The notes under the pieces are model-generated. The model was not told where the DNA came from and made no database searches. It saw nothing but the letters and a program-made list of their open reading frames with translations. Shown one piece after another: positions 43,307 through 53,727 of a DNA stretch of 64,000 nucleotides. The translations under genes were made by a program, and so were the position numbers. The stretch's first letter is position 1; every line of letters begins with the position of its first letter. This DNA comes from a virus (lineage: Duplodnaviria > Caudoviricetes), in the IMG/VR virus record IMGVR_UViG_3300029955_000001. One strand, written 5' to 3'.

Positions 43307-43774
43307 CTAAGTAGCAGACCCAGTATTATTCAATTTAACAATGGTCTCCACTATTGAATTTTGAATATTTAATAGTCTGCCAATAGAATAAGTAGTGCCG
43401 TTTTCTGTAACATCACACTGAATGCCAACCGAAACCTTATCTGTCAAATTCGTAGCATTATCATCTGTTGTGATAACAATGTTGACAACTTGATAATAAC
43501 GTCCAAGATACGTGTCAAGAGTTCGTCGTAATTGGTTACTAAAATTAGTGATATCGTTACCGTATTGTTCAATTAACCATTGTATATTTGAAATTCTACC
43601 AGCGTACAAATATGATTGAATATAGTCTGCTTCAAAAAAATGGCTAATCAAAAAATCCGCTTTTTCAGCAGTGGCGAATACCCAACCAGCAGGAGATAAA
43701 GTTGGGACCGGTACAGTGGCTGTGCTGAACGTAGTAATTACATCTGATGCAGTGACTAGTGTTGTAGATGTCAT
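43307..43774 (-). CDS. Conserved hypothetical protein (core block)
   Basis: 155-aa ORF in a tight operon. Confidence 0.6.
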   Translation of the reverse strand: MTSTTLVTASDVITTFSTATVPVPTLSPAGWVFATAEKADFLISHFFEADYIQSYLYAGRISNIQWLIEQYGNDITNFSNQLRRTLDTYLGRYYQVVNIVITTDDNATNLTDKVSVGIQCDVTENGTTYSIGRLLNIQNSIVETIVKLNNTGSAT

Positions 43775-43872
43775 TTTCTAATTCTCTATAATCGGGTAAC
43801 ACATTATGTATCGGGTATGGAAAAAAAAACAGACCTAATCCAAAATACGGACTAAGTCTGTTAGTGTTATAT

Positions 43873-44523
43873 TTACATCATCCCACCAAAGCCTGATGTT
43901 GGGTCTTCTTTTCCAGCATCAATGATGGCTTTTACATTAGCCCATGTTATCAAGATATCAGATTGTTCATCTATATCTAACTCACGATCACCTTCCTTTA
44001 AGTCGTCGATGAACTGTGTATGAGACCACCCAGCTTCACTATCCCCATCTACTGGCAGATCTGTTACAATTCCATCCATTACGCGACGATAGTCGTAATG
44101 CTCGTCACCTGTTGCTTCTGGCTGCACGTCTACATATGTTTCAGAATACCCATCAATACGTTGTTGATGATACAATGTTCTGACAGTAGGCTCAGCCATT
44201 ATCCATCGTTGCATTTGTAGTTGTGCTATTTGAAACTCAGTCACTTCGCATAGTGGTTTAATTACATCCTTTTGGAATAAATTACTTACTTTCTTGTATG
44301 CTACACGTGATAAACGCATTGCCTCACTACCGTTGAACTTTTCAATAAGTTCAGAACTATCTTGTAGAAATGTTCTCCCAGCGTCGGTAAGAGTATTACT
44401 AAAATTATTTAATTGATTTTTAATAAAGTCTACTGTACTAGGATGTTTAGGCGAGTACAATAGAGCATTAAATTCTTGCGCACCGCCTATTAATACTTGC
44501 GCCATTGATTCTCCTTTTTTCAT
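43873..44523 (-). CDS. Conserved hypothetical protein (core block)
   Basis: 216-aa ORF whose ATG overlaps the stop codon of the beta-prime exon 3. Confidence 0.6.
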   Translation of the reverse strand: MKKGESMAQVLIGGAQEFNALLYSPKHPSTVDFIKNQLNNFSNTLTDAGRTFLQDSSELIEKFNGSEAMRLSRVAYKKVSNLFQKDVIKPLCEVTEFQIAQLQMQRWIMAEPTVRTLYHQQRIDGYSETYVDVQPEATGDEHYDYRRVMDGIVTDLPVDGDSEAGWSHTQFIDDLKEGDRELDIDEQSDILITWANVKAIIDAGKEDPTSGFGGMM

Positions 44524-44750
44524 TACTGCACAAAAAGTAATTCTGACATTCGTTGAAACTTAACCGGATCAACAACACTGTCGTCGCTATGAATATACGA
44601 AGCCAATGTGCTGACAACTGGTTTCGGCATCGATAAATTTCGCGATACCATACGTGGGTTATTCAAATCAAAAGTTGATTTATGCGGAGCTAGATTCTTT
44701 AATTGTTCCGTTATACATGTATCGATTGATAATGTTGCGTTTAACTGATC
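44523..44750 (-). CDS. nvRNAP beta-prime N-terminal subunit, exon 3
   Basis: DQLNATLSIDTCITEQLKNLAPHKSTFDL...LLFVQ*; starts right after the intron terminal G at 44751. Confidence 0.85.
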   Translation of the reverse strand, partial: DQLNATLSIDTCITEQLKNLAPHKSTFDLNNPRMVSRNLSMPKPVVSTLASYIHSDDSVVDPVKFQRMSELLFVQ

Positions 44751-45045
44751 CTTTTGTCCATCTAATTCGTTAGATTAGATCGGTATGCTGAATACCTGCT
44801 TTATGTTTCCATAAAGAACTGACTATATCTTCTATTCGTAATGAATAGCCTTCCGTTTCGGAATCACTTGATTCCTACTCGCTTACGCGATAGTCGATGA
44901 ACCTTCTCCTGTACGGAGCTTGGCTGCTGATTGCCCAATCTCTATTCTTTTAAAACCTTGGCTTTGTCTTTCGACTCGCAGTGGTGAATAAAGCTCTCAG
45001 GGGTTTCCAGACAGTTAAAAAGGTTTTTAGACAGCAATTTTGTTT
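44751..45045 (-). ncRNA. Group I intron 2 of the beta-prime gene (295 nt, no ORF)
   Basis: P1 pairing of exon GACGGU with intron GCUGUC gives a U.G pair at the splice site. Q CAATCAGCAG, R GTTCATCGACTA, S GAAGATATAGTC, terminal G. Confidence 0.88.
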
Positions 45046-45065
45046 ACCGTCAAAATCTGCATTAA
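45046..45065 (-). CDS. 20-nt micro-exon encoding (F)NADFDG
   Basis: TT AAT GCA GAT TTT GAC GGT. Splicing yields ...VVGFNADFDGDQLN..., the RNAP catalytic Mg-binding motif. Confidence 0.9.
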
Positions 45066-45492
45066 CTTATTGTCCAATTAGTTCGTTACACTAACCCGGT
45101 ATGTTGTACCTGCTATATATCTCTATATAGAACAGACTATATCTTCATCCTCAGCTTTATCTGTTTGGATGTCCACTGCTTCGGAGCCACTAGCTCCTAC
45201 TCCCATTACAGGATAGTCGTTGAACCTTCATCATTCTTAAATGGTTACCAATTTACATGGTAACGATTAGGCTCTTTCATTTAAGTTAAGATGCTTGGCT
45301 GCTGATTGTCTCTACCAGATTATTTTCAAACATTGACGTATGTGTTTTCACACTCCGCTTTAGTTAATCTGTCTAACAAGAGTTTCCAGCAATTCAATGG
45401 ATTTACATTTATCATTACTGATAAACTGGCCTGTATAAATATTATTTATAGTAATAGTATATTATTTTACTATAGAATTACTTATGTTCCTA
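45066..45492 (-). ncRNA. Group I intron 1 of the beta-prime gene (427 nt, no endonuclease ORF)
   Basis: The exon ends in U (GGC T). P AATTGCTGGAAAC, Q CAATCAGCAG, R GTTCAACGACTA, S GAAGATATAGTC, terminal G at 45066. Confidence 0.86.
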
Positions 45493-46717
45493 AGCCTACT
45501 ACTGACAAAATTGAAAGTGATACAGTGGGGATGTTCGGATCAGTTTTTATTTTCGTAACAAACATTGCTTGTGCTGACCCGCGTTCCAAACTCGGATTTC
45601 TTTGAAATATCACAGGTATGCCCTTGTATGGACATTCATTAATTAACAACTGAAACAGTTCATCTAACAGTGGATGATACTTTTGTGAATGTTCGTTTAG
45701 AAATGCTTTTGCACCATTGGGAGTAAATCCTCTACGCAATAGTTTATTCGTTAAATGAATACCTAATACGGATACTCCAATACCCCACGGGACATGCAAT
45801 TCATCATAATCGTGATTCGCTGTAAGCGATGAAATCACTGCTCTGAAACTAAAATGTGATCTAGTTCCAAATACATGTTTTCTAAATATTCCTTCTTTTT
45901 TAGCTAATGTAAAACGATATAAATCGTCATAAAAATCAGACAGTTGATAAATTGCTTTAATCGTCCTATTTTGTTTTGTTCTAACGGAATGATTTGCCAA
46001 TAAATTATCAATGCTACACATGGTGCGGATCGCGTCCACTGCTCCTGTTACAATTGGATCAACATATGTTCCTACGGTTGTTTCCTCAATAACCAATAGG
46101 GAACGATTAGGCAATGGCAGATAGTCAGAGAACACACAAGATCTTTGCTCTCTCAACAATTGTTCTAAAGGTTCTTCTACGCCTTTCTTTGCTCTGAATC
46201 CTTTTACATTAAATAACGATGCGATAATACTATCAAAGTTATCAACAAAATTATTATAACCTCGTTGGATTCCTAGCTCTTGTACAGTTTCCATAATTGC
46301 CGGAACTTTGACAGCTGGGTGATATGTACTGTCAGCTATCCATCGAATAATGTCGTATCCAGATTTTGAAAACTTTTCGGATAACATTGTTAACACAATT
46401 GGATTGATAAGTTTACTCACTCCTTCTGGCGCTCTAATCCAAACTAACGGCTCAAGATCTTGTTCTAAAGGTGCCTTTACGAATGTTCCGCATTGTTTAC
46501 ACTTCACACCAACGTTATGTTCTCCCTTTATTTCCTGGCATTCGCAAGTAGGCAAATTACTAAGAAGATCGGTATTGTATTTGGTGTAAATCATCGCATT
46601 AAAAGCTTCTTTATCTATTTCAGAACCTTCTGATACGTTGTTAATAATGATTGGTTCTTTAGTGCTATATTTTGAAAACAGTTCATCAAAGTTTACGAGT
46701 TCCAGTGAAATTCCTAT
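45493..46717 (-). CDS. nvRNAP beta-prime N-terminal subunit (gp55-like), exon 1; apparent ATA start
   Basis: Zinc site CEC...CKQC, RKHVFGTRSHFSFRAVI, FQRNPSLERGS. The frame is open upstream of ATG 46594 to AGGAG-N6-ATA GGA ATT TCA CTG GAA. Confidence 0.85.
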
Positions 46718-46809
46718 GATGTTCTCCTGTGGATTTTAAATCAGAGGCAAAAAAGAGTGAGATTTTACTCTCACTCTTTTTGTTACTTACACTATGCCGC
46801 TATACTACT

Positions 46810-48672
46810 TTACTGCCAGCGGCTGAAACCACGATTTGCACCAGACGGTGTCGCGTTTTGATTATAACCACTGCGGAAGATACCGCTCGATTCAGGGGTC
46901 AACAAAGTATGACCCGAGAACTGTGAGCGAGCACGTTCGTAATTACCAAGATCCTGATACGAGTATACAGGCTTCAGAACCAAACCAGCTTCTTGGCAAC
47001 CCTTAACTAGTGCGTTAATGAAACCGACTTCAAACGTGACGCGGCGAGCGTAGCCTGTGAATACCGCGTTATTGCAAATTGATTGGATGATACGTTTCCG
47101 TTCATACAAGCGTTTCGGCAGAGGGATATGTGTGCTTGCAAAAGAATCAGACCACAACTTAATTGCACCTGGGTCTTGTGCGCCGACACAATTCAACACT
47201 GCCAAATAATCAATATCGCGAATGTCTGCACGTTCACCACGAGAGTTCGTGTAATGACCCAGATGGATACGATTGTATTCATCAGTTGCGACACGGCCCT
47301 TTGGATCAAAATACTTTACAAAGTTACCATTCGTAAGCTCGTTAGCGGCTTTAAGAATAGCGATATTTGCTTGGGTATTCCCAGCGGCAGCTGCCGAGAA
47401 TACTTCATTGAACCAGGTCTGAGCACCGCATTCCGGCACATCCAAGGACACCACAAGACCAGGACGAATTGTTGCCTTAACCAACTGCCCGAGATTTTCT
47501 GGTTTAAACTTATCGGCATGTGTGTCAATGCGTTGACCAACGCCACTTGGATCATTGCTAAAGTTAACTTCGATGCCAATAGCACCGATATCACGGAAGT
47601 CTACGTCGCCAGAAGGAAAATCCCTTGGACGGAAACCTTGAACCCAAGCGTTGTTTTCGCCGAGGCCAACGACTGGAACTAGCGCCAATAATTGCGCTGG
47701 AATAGTAAGCAGTTCGGTTGATTCCATCGTTGTTGCAACAAACCGAGCAGCGTAACGCTGAAAAGATTGTTGTGTTGGATCTGGAATACCGTACAAGTTT
47801 TGTGGCGCAACGATAGGGTCCCAGAAGATATCCAGGAAACCACCAATTCGCGCGATAGGTGCTTCACGTCCAGCATCTTGCTGTTGTGTTTGTTGCGACT
47901 GCACTGGTGCAGCGGTAAAATCCAATACGATATCACTGCGCAATGGCGCACCGACCGCATCTTGTTGTTGTGGCATTGCAAACTGTGTTCGCACTGACAA
48001 AGTGGAATCATTCTTAGCGTTTGCAATATTGATATCTTCAAAGTTCTTGCTATTAATTTCAAGCTCAGAAGTACATGCAAAAATAGCATTTGCAATCAAT
48101 ACGTGCAATGCCGATTTGTCTTCAACGTTAAAGTCCTTAGGAACAACACAAGCACCTGCGTTACGTGGTGTGTCTTGCGGAAACAACCGCTGAACGTAAC
48201 CAAGCACAACACCCTTCAAAGTATCGTTGCAGGAATCACCAGCAGTATAGAGAATCTCAACGGATTGACCGTTAATCATTTCTGGCTTAGGTGTGCGAAT
48301 ATCCGCAGACGCTTCGAGCAACAACGAGTGATACGCAACACCCAACAATGGGTTCTGCTTATCACGAACAGCGAGAATCAAAATAGAAATCGACAAGTTT
48401 GGTGTTTGTTCTTTTTCAATTGGAACCAAATTGATTTCAAAACTCTTATCGGCTTTTTCTGTGATCATCTCAGTCATTGCTTTGGTGATCTTGTTCAATG
48501 CTTCCGATGCCTGTGTGCGACTGAATGCAGGCCGTGACAACTTGCGCAGATTGGTGAAGCTGTACCCAGTGCTATCGGCTTTGGTTTGATGATCACGATT
48601 AGGTGCAAAACTACCAGTAGGGTTGTTTTGAACTTCTGCACCATTGCCAGTACTTTCGTCTTTAATAGCCAT
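46810..48672 (-). CDS. chmA: Chimallin, major phage-nucleus shell protein
   Basis: 620 aa, immediately upstream of the gp55-like RNAP gene and preceded by the early promoter motif, as in phiKZ. Confidence 0.85.
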   Translation of the reverse strand: MAIKDESTGNGAEVQNNPTGSFAPNRDHQTKADSTGYSFTNLRKLSRPAFSRTQASEALNKITKAMTEMITEKADKSFEINLVPIEKEQTPNLSISILILAVRDKQNPLLGVAYHSLLLEASADIRTPKPEMINGQSVEILYTAGDSCNDTLKGVVLGYVQRLFPQDTPRNAGACVVPKDFNVEDKSALHVLIANAIFACTSELEINSKNFEDINIANAKNDSTLSVRTQFAMPQQQDAVGAPLRSDIVLDFTAAPVQSQQTQQQDAGREAPIARIGGFLDIFWDPIVAPQNLYGIPDPTQQSFQRYAARFVATTMESTELLTIPAQLLALVPVVGLGENNAWVQGFRPRDFPSGDVDFRDIGAIGIEVNFSNDPSGVGQRIDTHADKFKPENLGQLVKATIRPGLVVSLDVPECGAQTWFNEVFSAAAAGNTQANIAILKAANELTNGNFVKYFDPKGRVATDEYNRIHLGHYTNSRGERADIRDIDYLAVLNCVGAQDPGAIKLWSDSFASTHIPLPKRLYERKRIIQSICNNAVFTGYARRVTFEVGFINALVKGCQEAGLVLKPVYSYQDLGNYERARSQFSGHTLLTPESSGIFRSGYNQNATPSGANRGFSRWQ

Positions 48673-48755
48673 GTTATCTATTCCTTTGTTTATAAAGATT
48701 ATTTCATTGTAGTTTGCGCAAACACAATGGTCATTAAACCTATGTGCTCACTTTA

Positions 48756-48780
48756 GTGATATATGACTGTATTTGTTTCG
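48756..48780 (-). promoter_or_regulatory. Early-type promoter motif upstream of chimallin
   Basis: CGAAACAAATACAGTCATATATCAC on the minus strand. Confidence 0.65.
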
Positions 48781-49072
48781 AATAAAGCCATATTTGTGCT
48801 ATGCAATTATAGCCCCACTAGCCAGCGGTATTAACGCTGGCGTATGGATTATGGATTTGATTTTAGTCATTTCCTATACAATAGGACCAAGTTAGTATTT
48901 TTTTACTTAAATGATACTTTATAAGTTTGTTGTATTTTCTTCCGTTTATTCTGGTTCCTCCAGTTTGTTTTTGCTTCATCTTTAGATTCACCAAGCGCGT
49001 AGAACTCACCTTCAGTATAGCGCCATCCATCTTTTGTTAATACGAAATATCCATCACTATTATATTCATTGT

Positions 49073-49780
49073 TCATTTTTTATTACTGAGCCGCTCTGCC
49101 ATTGTTTTCCTAACGCCATGCCACTCGTATTGAATTGTTCTATCTATGGCTAGTTTTTCATTACCTTCTATAATCTGGTTTTCATTTGTGTAACGAGCAC
49201 CTGCTTGTTTAAGTAGTTCGTCTAACATTGCTTCGTTATGCGATTCAATAAAGAAGTTGCTGTGATAGAAAATACTACCAATTAAATGCGCTATTTGCTC
49301 AAGCCTATAAACACGATTAGCTTCTTTCCATCTTTCTGCACAATCGCAATCGCACGGTGTAGATGCATCTTTAACAGCTTCGCCATGCCAAACACAATCT
49401 GCACTATGTTCCACATCAACATCACAAATAGAAGTTGCAGCAATAGACGTTAAAGAATGCGTTACTTTAGCAGTTGTTTCAGTTATAGCCTTATTAACCT
49501 CAGCTGCTACGATGTCTCGTATTTTCTCAGCGAACTTCACACTAAGATCATTTATAATTGGTGTCCCGTCTAAAAGTTTCCACCACATCGGATGACTGCG
49601 TTTATATTCTTCGAATATTTCATCAGCTTTTTGCATTGCTTGTACGAAATCCATTACTTCTCCTTTTTGTAGTGCTTTCTTTTTACACTTTAATAACAAA
49701 CTAATTAAATCACTATTATCTAATTTATCATGATCAATGAAACCAATCCATCGCAGAAAACAAAATAGGTAATATCTCAT
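49073..49780 (-). CDS. Hypothetical protein
   Basis: 235-aa ORF with a CxC/Cys cluster. Confidence 0.55.
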   Translation of the reverse strand: MRYYLFCFLRWIGFIDHDKLDNSDLISLLLKCKKKALQKGEVMDFVQAMQKADEIFEEYKRSHPMWWKLLDGTPIINDLSVKFAEKIRDIVAAEVNKAITETTAKVTHSLTSIAATSICDVDVEHSADCVWHGEAVKDASTPCDCDCAERWKEANRVYRLEQIAHLIGSIFYHSNFFIESHNEAMLDELLKQAGARYTNENQIIEGNEKLAIDRTIQYEWHGVRKTMAERLSNKK

Positions 49781-50118
49781 TAATTTATTCCTAAGCCAAC
49801 TATAATATCATGTTTGCTCTTAAACCAGTGTCTACCATTAGAAATAATTACATCTCCAACTTTCCAATCGGTAATCACTATTTCTGTTTTTGTCTTTTTA
49901 TCAAACGATTTAATTGGTGTGCTACCAGGATAATCAATTACTAGATAGTATCCAATTGGTTGAGGATCATCGTACAGCTTAGGTATATCCGCTTCAGCGT
50001 CCCAACGACCACATGACGTTAACATACCTAAATCAATAATCTCTTGCACCTCTGGTGAGTAATTAGGTGGTAAATCTGGCGGGGTAAATCCACTACCGTC
50101 GTTCCAATCATTAACCAT
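49780..50118 (-). CDS. Small protein with a tail-fibre-like G-x-W-[ND]-A beta domain
   Basis: CGRWDAEADIPKL...GYYLV...WKVGDVIISNGRHW. Confidence 0.5.
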   Translation of the reverse strand: MVNDWNDGSGFTPPDLPPNYSPEVQEIIDLGMLTSCGRWDAEADIPKLYDDPQPIGYYLVIDYPGSTPIKSFDKKTKTEIVITDWKVGDVIISNGRHWFKSKHDIIVGLGIN

Positions 50119-50389
50119 TATTTTCCTCTTTTATATAATGTTTTTCTAACTGTTTAACAACCATCTTGTAAGTTAAACCGCACCATTCATTACCGTCAAA
50201 GAAAACAACATCGCCTGTTTTCCATAAAGTAATACCGTCAAGATTTGTTTTACCATCGTAGCTTATTTTATACCAGTTTCCAATTTCACCAATTCCCGAC
50301 ATGAGATTGGGACAATTTGCAGACGCGTTCCATGTGCCGCAATAAGACGGAACTACACCCGTAGCTTCCATGATGGTGGATACAATCAT
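50111..50389 (-). CDS. Small protein with a tail-fibre-like G-x-W-[ND]-A beta domain (paralog)
   Basis: CGTWNASANCPNL...GNWYKI...WKTGDVVFFDGNEW. Confidence 0.55.
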   Translation of the reverse strand: MIVSTIMEATGVVPSYCGTWNASANCPNLMSGIGEIGNWYKISYDGKTNLDGITLWKTGDVVFFDGNEWCGLTYKMVVKQLEKHYIKEENNG

Positions 50390-50438
50390 TCCGATACCCT
50401 CATTTTATAGTTGAGATAATAATTTACTGGATGCTTAC

Positions 50439-51530
50439 ATGCAAAACATATTCAATCTAGTACAAAATGTAGAACAAGCCATAATTAAGTTTCCTGAATG
50501 GAACTATATCCGAAGTGGATTAAGAAGAAATCTAAATAACATTATTAGTTTCTATAGGACACACTCGATGGCTGTTGATTCATCACATTTTTTAATCCGT
50601 ATTCTTGAATCTATCACTGTGCCACAATCAATGAATTTAGAAAGGTATTACGCGAATGTAGACGCGGGGTCATTAAATGTGTCAATGGCGTTAAAATTAA
50701 CCAGTCCTGTTTTCAGAGGGCAGATATTTAATGGGATATTTTACGGTCCCGGTAACACAGAAATATTAATTGGACATGATGAAAGTTTTGATCCATTTGC
50801 AGCGCATGACGATTGGGAAAACTTAGCACCTGTTAAAGTACTAAGACATCCAATATCACATTTAGGAATGAATATTCCTGATGGCAAGAGTAATGATACT
50901 GAAACTGGAATAGCTGTAATTGCAATTAATATACCGATGTTAGCTGTTCAGTATAGGGCGTTTCGTTTAAATGAAATAGAAGTTTGTGCTGAGACTGGAG
51001 ATTCAGAGAAGAGCATCATGGAATTTATTAGGATGTATGTGTTGCCTAACATGATGACGTCACATTTAGATAATGTGATATTCAATCGCATTGATAAAAT
51101 GCAAAGAGGAATTCCTTTTGGGAGCACGAAGAAACATCATTCGTTTTATTTGATGGATTGGACATGGCGTGTAGATTATGTACATAGTCGTTTACTTTTA
51201 CAACTGAATGAAATGCAGAGAGATTTTACTGGCATATTAAGATCTATTCAGTTAGTAACAGAACAATCTGTTGAAGATTTAATGTATTTTCCAGACTTAT
51301 CTCCTACACGACAAATTCTTTGGGCGTTGGTTACTGCTAGAGTGAATGTTCTTTCATTTTTATATTCAGTAACAAAACACATGCAAGGTGATCGAAACGG
51401 TACAGAAACAAATCGTATATTACGCGTATTAAATTCCTATGGTGTAGATAGCGCGTTACGACAAGCTTTGCCTACTGAAGCATATTTTGATGTAGCAAGT
51501 GAAATTGAATTTATTGCAAGAGTAGCATAA
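50439..51530 (+). CDS. Conserved phiKZ-like protein (gp52-like, probably virion)
   Basis: 363-aa ORF converging on the DNA polymerase gene, in the syntenic position. Confidence 0.55.
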   Translation: MQNIFNLVQNVEQAIIKFPEWNYIRSGLRRNLNNIISFYRTHSMAVDSSHFLIRILESITVPQSMNLERYYANVDAGSLNVSMALKLTSPVFRGQIFNGIFYGPGNTEILIGHDESFDPFAAHDDWENLAPVKVLRHPISHLGMNIPDGKSNDTETGIAVIAINIPMLAVQYRAFRLNEIEVCAETGDSEKSIMEFIRMYVLPNMMTSHLDNVIFNRIDKMQRGIPFGSTKKHHSFYLMDWTWRVDYVHSRLLLQLNEMQRDFTGILRSIQLVTEQSVEDLMYFPDLSPTRQILWALVTARVNVLSFLYSVTKHMQGDRNGTETNRILRVLNSYGVDSALRQALPTEAYFDVASEIEFIARVA

Positions 51531-51579
51531 TAAATCCCATACCAAAAAAGGTATGGGATTTATGCCGGTAATTCTCGTA

Positions 51580-53727
51580 TCAGTAGAAATCACTTACTAA
51601 TTTTGTTATCTTTTTATCAGTCATGTAAATGCCAAGACTCTCTAGGATAATGTAAAGAACTTTAGTGCTATCTGAAACAATTTTACGCACACCCACTACA
51701 TCGAAAATCTCTTTCGGTATACCACCAGATGCTAGTATACTTTCTGGAAGAATAAATGTTTTACCTAAAGTAAGTTTATCATTCTTTAACATCCATGCTT
51801 CCATTCGTGCCGCTAATTCACGATCTTCCATATTCAGAAGCCACTCGCGGGTATGTGTTGGACTATTCACCTCAGCAGATATTTTGATACCGATATAGGG
51901 TGGTTTATTAACCATGCCGTACTTCGGGCCAAATACTTCTTGCCACATCGTGTACTGCATGTAGTTTGCTGTTAACTCACCCCGCTTATAAGACTCAGCT
52001 GGTTTAATCTGTGATCGTTTAAAATACTCAAACTTACCTTGCGCGATTGAACTGATAATATTTCTTTCAATATCACCCACTTGTTTTAATATCTGATCCC
52101 AGCTTAATTTCTTTTCTTTCAATATTTCATTCATGACAAACAACATTAATTTCTTTGCTTCTGCCATAACAAGTTTAGGCGCATTAGATGCCTTAAGATG
52201 CACGCCTTTAATTTCTGATTTGTACTTACTATAAATGTTTCCTTCTTGCGCTCCAATTAACGCAAAGTAATGCTTTGCTACTTGAGTTGGGGTAAAAACA
52301 TCGAATTTAAATTCATTCTTCATCGCAATTTGAAATAGACGTTTCTTTTCAATTCCAAAATTAGTTGACATGATAGCAAGAACATGCGTGATAGTTTGCG
52401 ATGCTAAGAAAATCAATGCCGCAGCTACTGCATTTGAAACAGGATCAAAGGCATAACTTCCGCTATACCAAAGCACCCAATCTTGTACTGTAAAGATTGT
52501 TGAGTCTGTATCTGAAGTAACAACACAACGACGAATACTTTCTGGGAAATAAGCAACCGATGCCGGTACGTTCTTAGTAACCCAAAACGCTTTTATTAAA
52601 TTCTTATATTCATCAATAACGTTTATGATGTTTTCTACTGTTGAGGCATAAATCCCATACGCGGGTGTACCTGAAACATCCTTAACGTTAATAACTTCTT
52701 TTGTTGATTCTTTCTTTAAATCATCAGCACAAATCATTGAAGCAAAATTACAAATATCGTCAGTTGCTTTCTTAATTGCTGAATCTGGATCAGGATGAAC
52801 CACATTAACTCTTGTTGATAATTTTGTAATGAAAATTCTTACTGCGTCATTATTAAATTTCATTAAATGATAAAGATCGCCTGTGTAGACAAAAGCTGAT
52901 CGTTCTATTGGCGACAGTGTTCTTATTAAGTCATCAATTCTTTTTTGTTGTGAGCGAGTCTTCCAATATAAATCAGTGGAGTAACGAACTGTTTCAATTG
53001 TTTCTTCAATCGACGGATGGCGTAGCCCGAACTCGCACATTGCTTTTTCTATAGCAGAATAATCGCTGTGGTTGATAATACTGATAATGTTATTTCGAGT
53101 AATGTCGGCTGACCAATAGTGTCTGTTGCCAGATATAAATTTTTCATTGTTAGCATTACCGTATCCTGAAGTAGATCTACAATTAGAAGTCAGCGTCGAG
53201 TGTGCTGTCTTGTTATTTAGAACTGTAGAAGAAGATACGTGCGCGCCAGATAAAGAATTATTAGCAAGCTTTTTATTAATCTGTTCTTTTTCTTTTATAT
53301 CTTCTAAAAATTTATTACCGGCTAATTTAGCAGCAAATTTCTCTTTTTTAGCTTTTCCGCGTGCTGCTACGTTACCATCAATAAAATCTACTAATAATGA
53401 TTTCTTAACTTCTGGAGATAAATAAGTAGTAAGAGTTGGTGCTATCAAGTCGTTTTCTTTAACGGCACTATTGATATACTCAGATAACTTACCTACTTTT
53501 CTTTCACGATCTCCATTACGACCACGTTCTAGATAATGTATTTTTGGATCTTTAAATTCGAACTCTCCATTAGGTTTTAAAGATGTTATCACAAACTTAA
53601 CACAGTCGTCATAAGGCTTCCCGGTCATATGTGCTAAATAACTGGCTGAGTCATCAACGTAGTGTTTAAAAATATTAACATCACGAACGTATTCATTCGT
53701 GTCTAAAATAAAAGGGTTATCGGCCAT
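51580..53727 (-). CDS. Family-B DNA polymerase subunit (phiKZ gp50-like)
   Basis: KxxxNSxxG (KKLANNSLSG), SDTDS, IKGVHLK. Confidence 0.92.
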   Translation of the reverse strand: MADNPFILDTNEYVRDVNIFKHYVDDSASYLAHMTGKPYDDCVKFVITSLKPNGEFEFKDPKIHYLERGRNGDRERKVGKLSEYINSAVKENDLIAPTLTTYLSPEVKKSLLVDFIDGNVAARGKAKKEKFAAKLAGNKFLEDIKEKEQINKKLANNSLSGAHVSSSTVLNNKTAHSTLTSNCRSTSGYGNANNEKFISGNRHYWSADITRNNIISIINHSDYSAIEKAMCEFGLRHPSIEETIETVRYSTDLYWKTRSQQKRIDDLIRTLSPIERSAFVYTGDLYHLMKFNNDAVRIFITKLSTRVNVVHPDPDSAIKKATDDICNFASMICADDLKKESTKEVINVKDVSGTPAYGIYASTVENIINVIDEYKNLIKAFWVTKNVPASVAYFPESIRRCVVTSDTDSTIFTVQDWVLWYSGSYAFDPVSNAVAAALIFLASQTITHVLAIMSTNFGIEKKRLFQIAMKNEFKFDVFTPTQVAKHYFALIGAQEGNIYSKYKSEIKGVHLKASNAPKLVMAEAKKLMLFVMNEILKEKKLSWDQILKQVGDIERNIISSIAQGKFEYFKRSQIKPAESYKRGELTANYMQYTMWQEVFGPKYGMVNKPPYIGIKISAEVNSPTHTREWLLNMEDRELAARMEAWMLKNDKLTLGKTFILPESILASGGIPKEIFDVVGVRKIVSDSTKVLYIILESLGIYMTDKKITKLVSDFY

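Noticed and set aside
45306-45605. 99-aa ORF as an intron-encoded endonuclease
   Set aside because: It is on the opposite strand to the intron and has no HNH, GIY-YIG or LAGLIDADG motif.
47083-48537. Overlapping ORFs of 138-199 aa within chimallin
   Set aside because: Alternative-frame or antisense shadows with no recognisable motifs or RBS.
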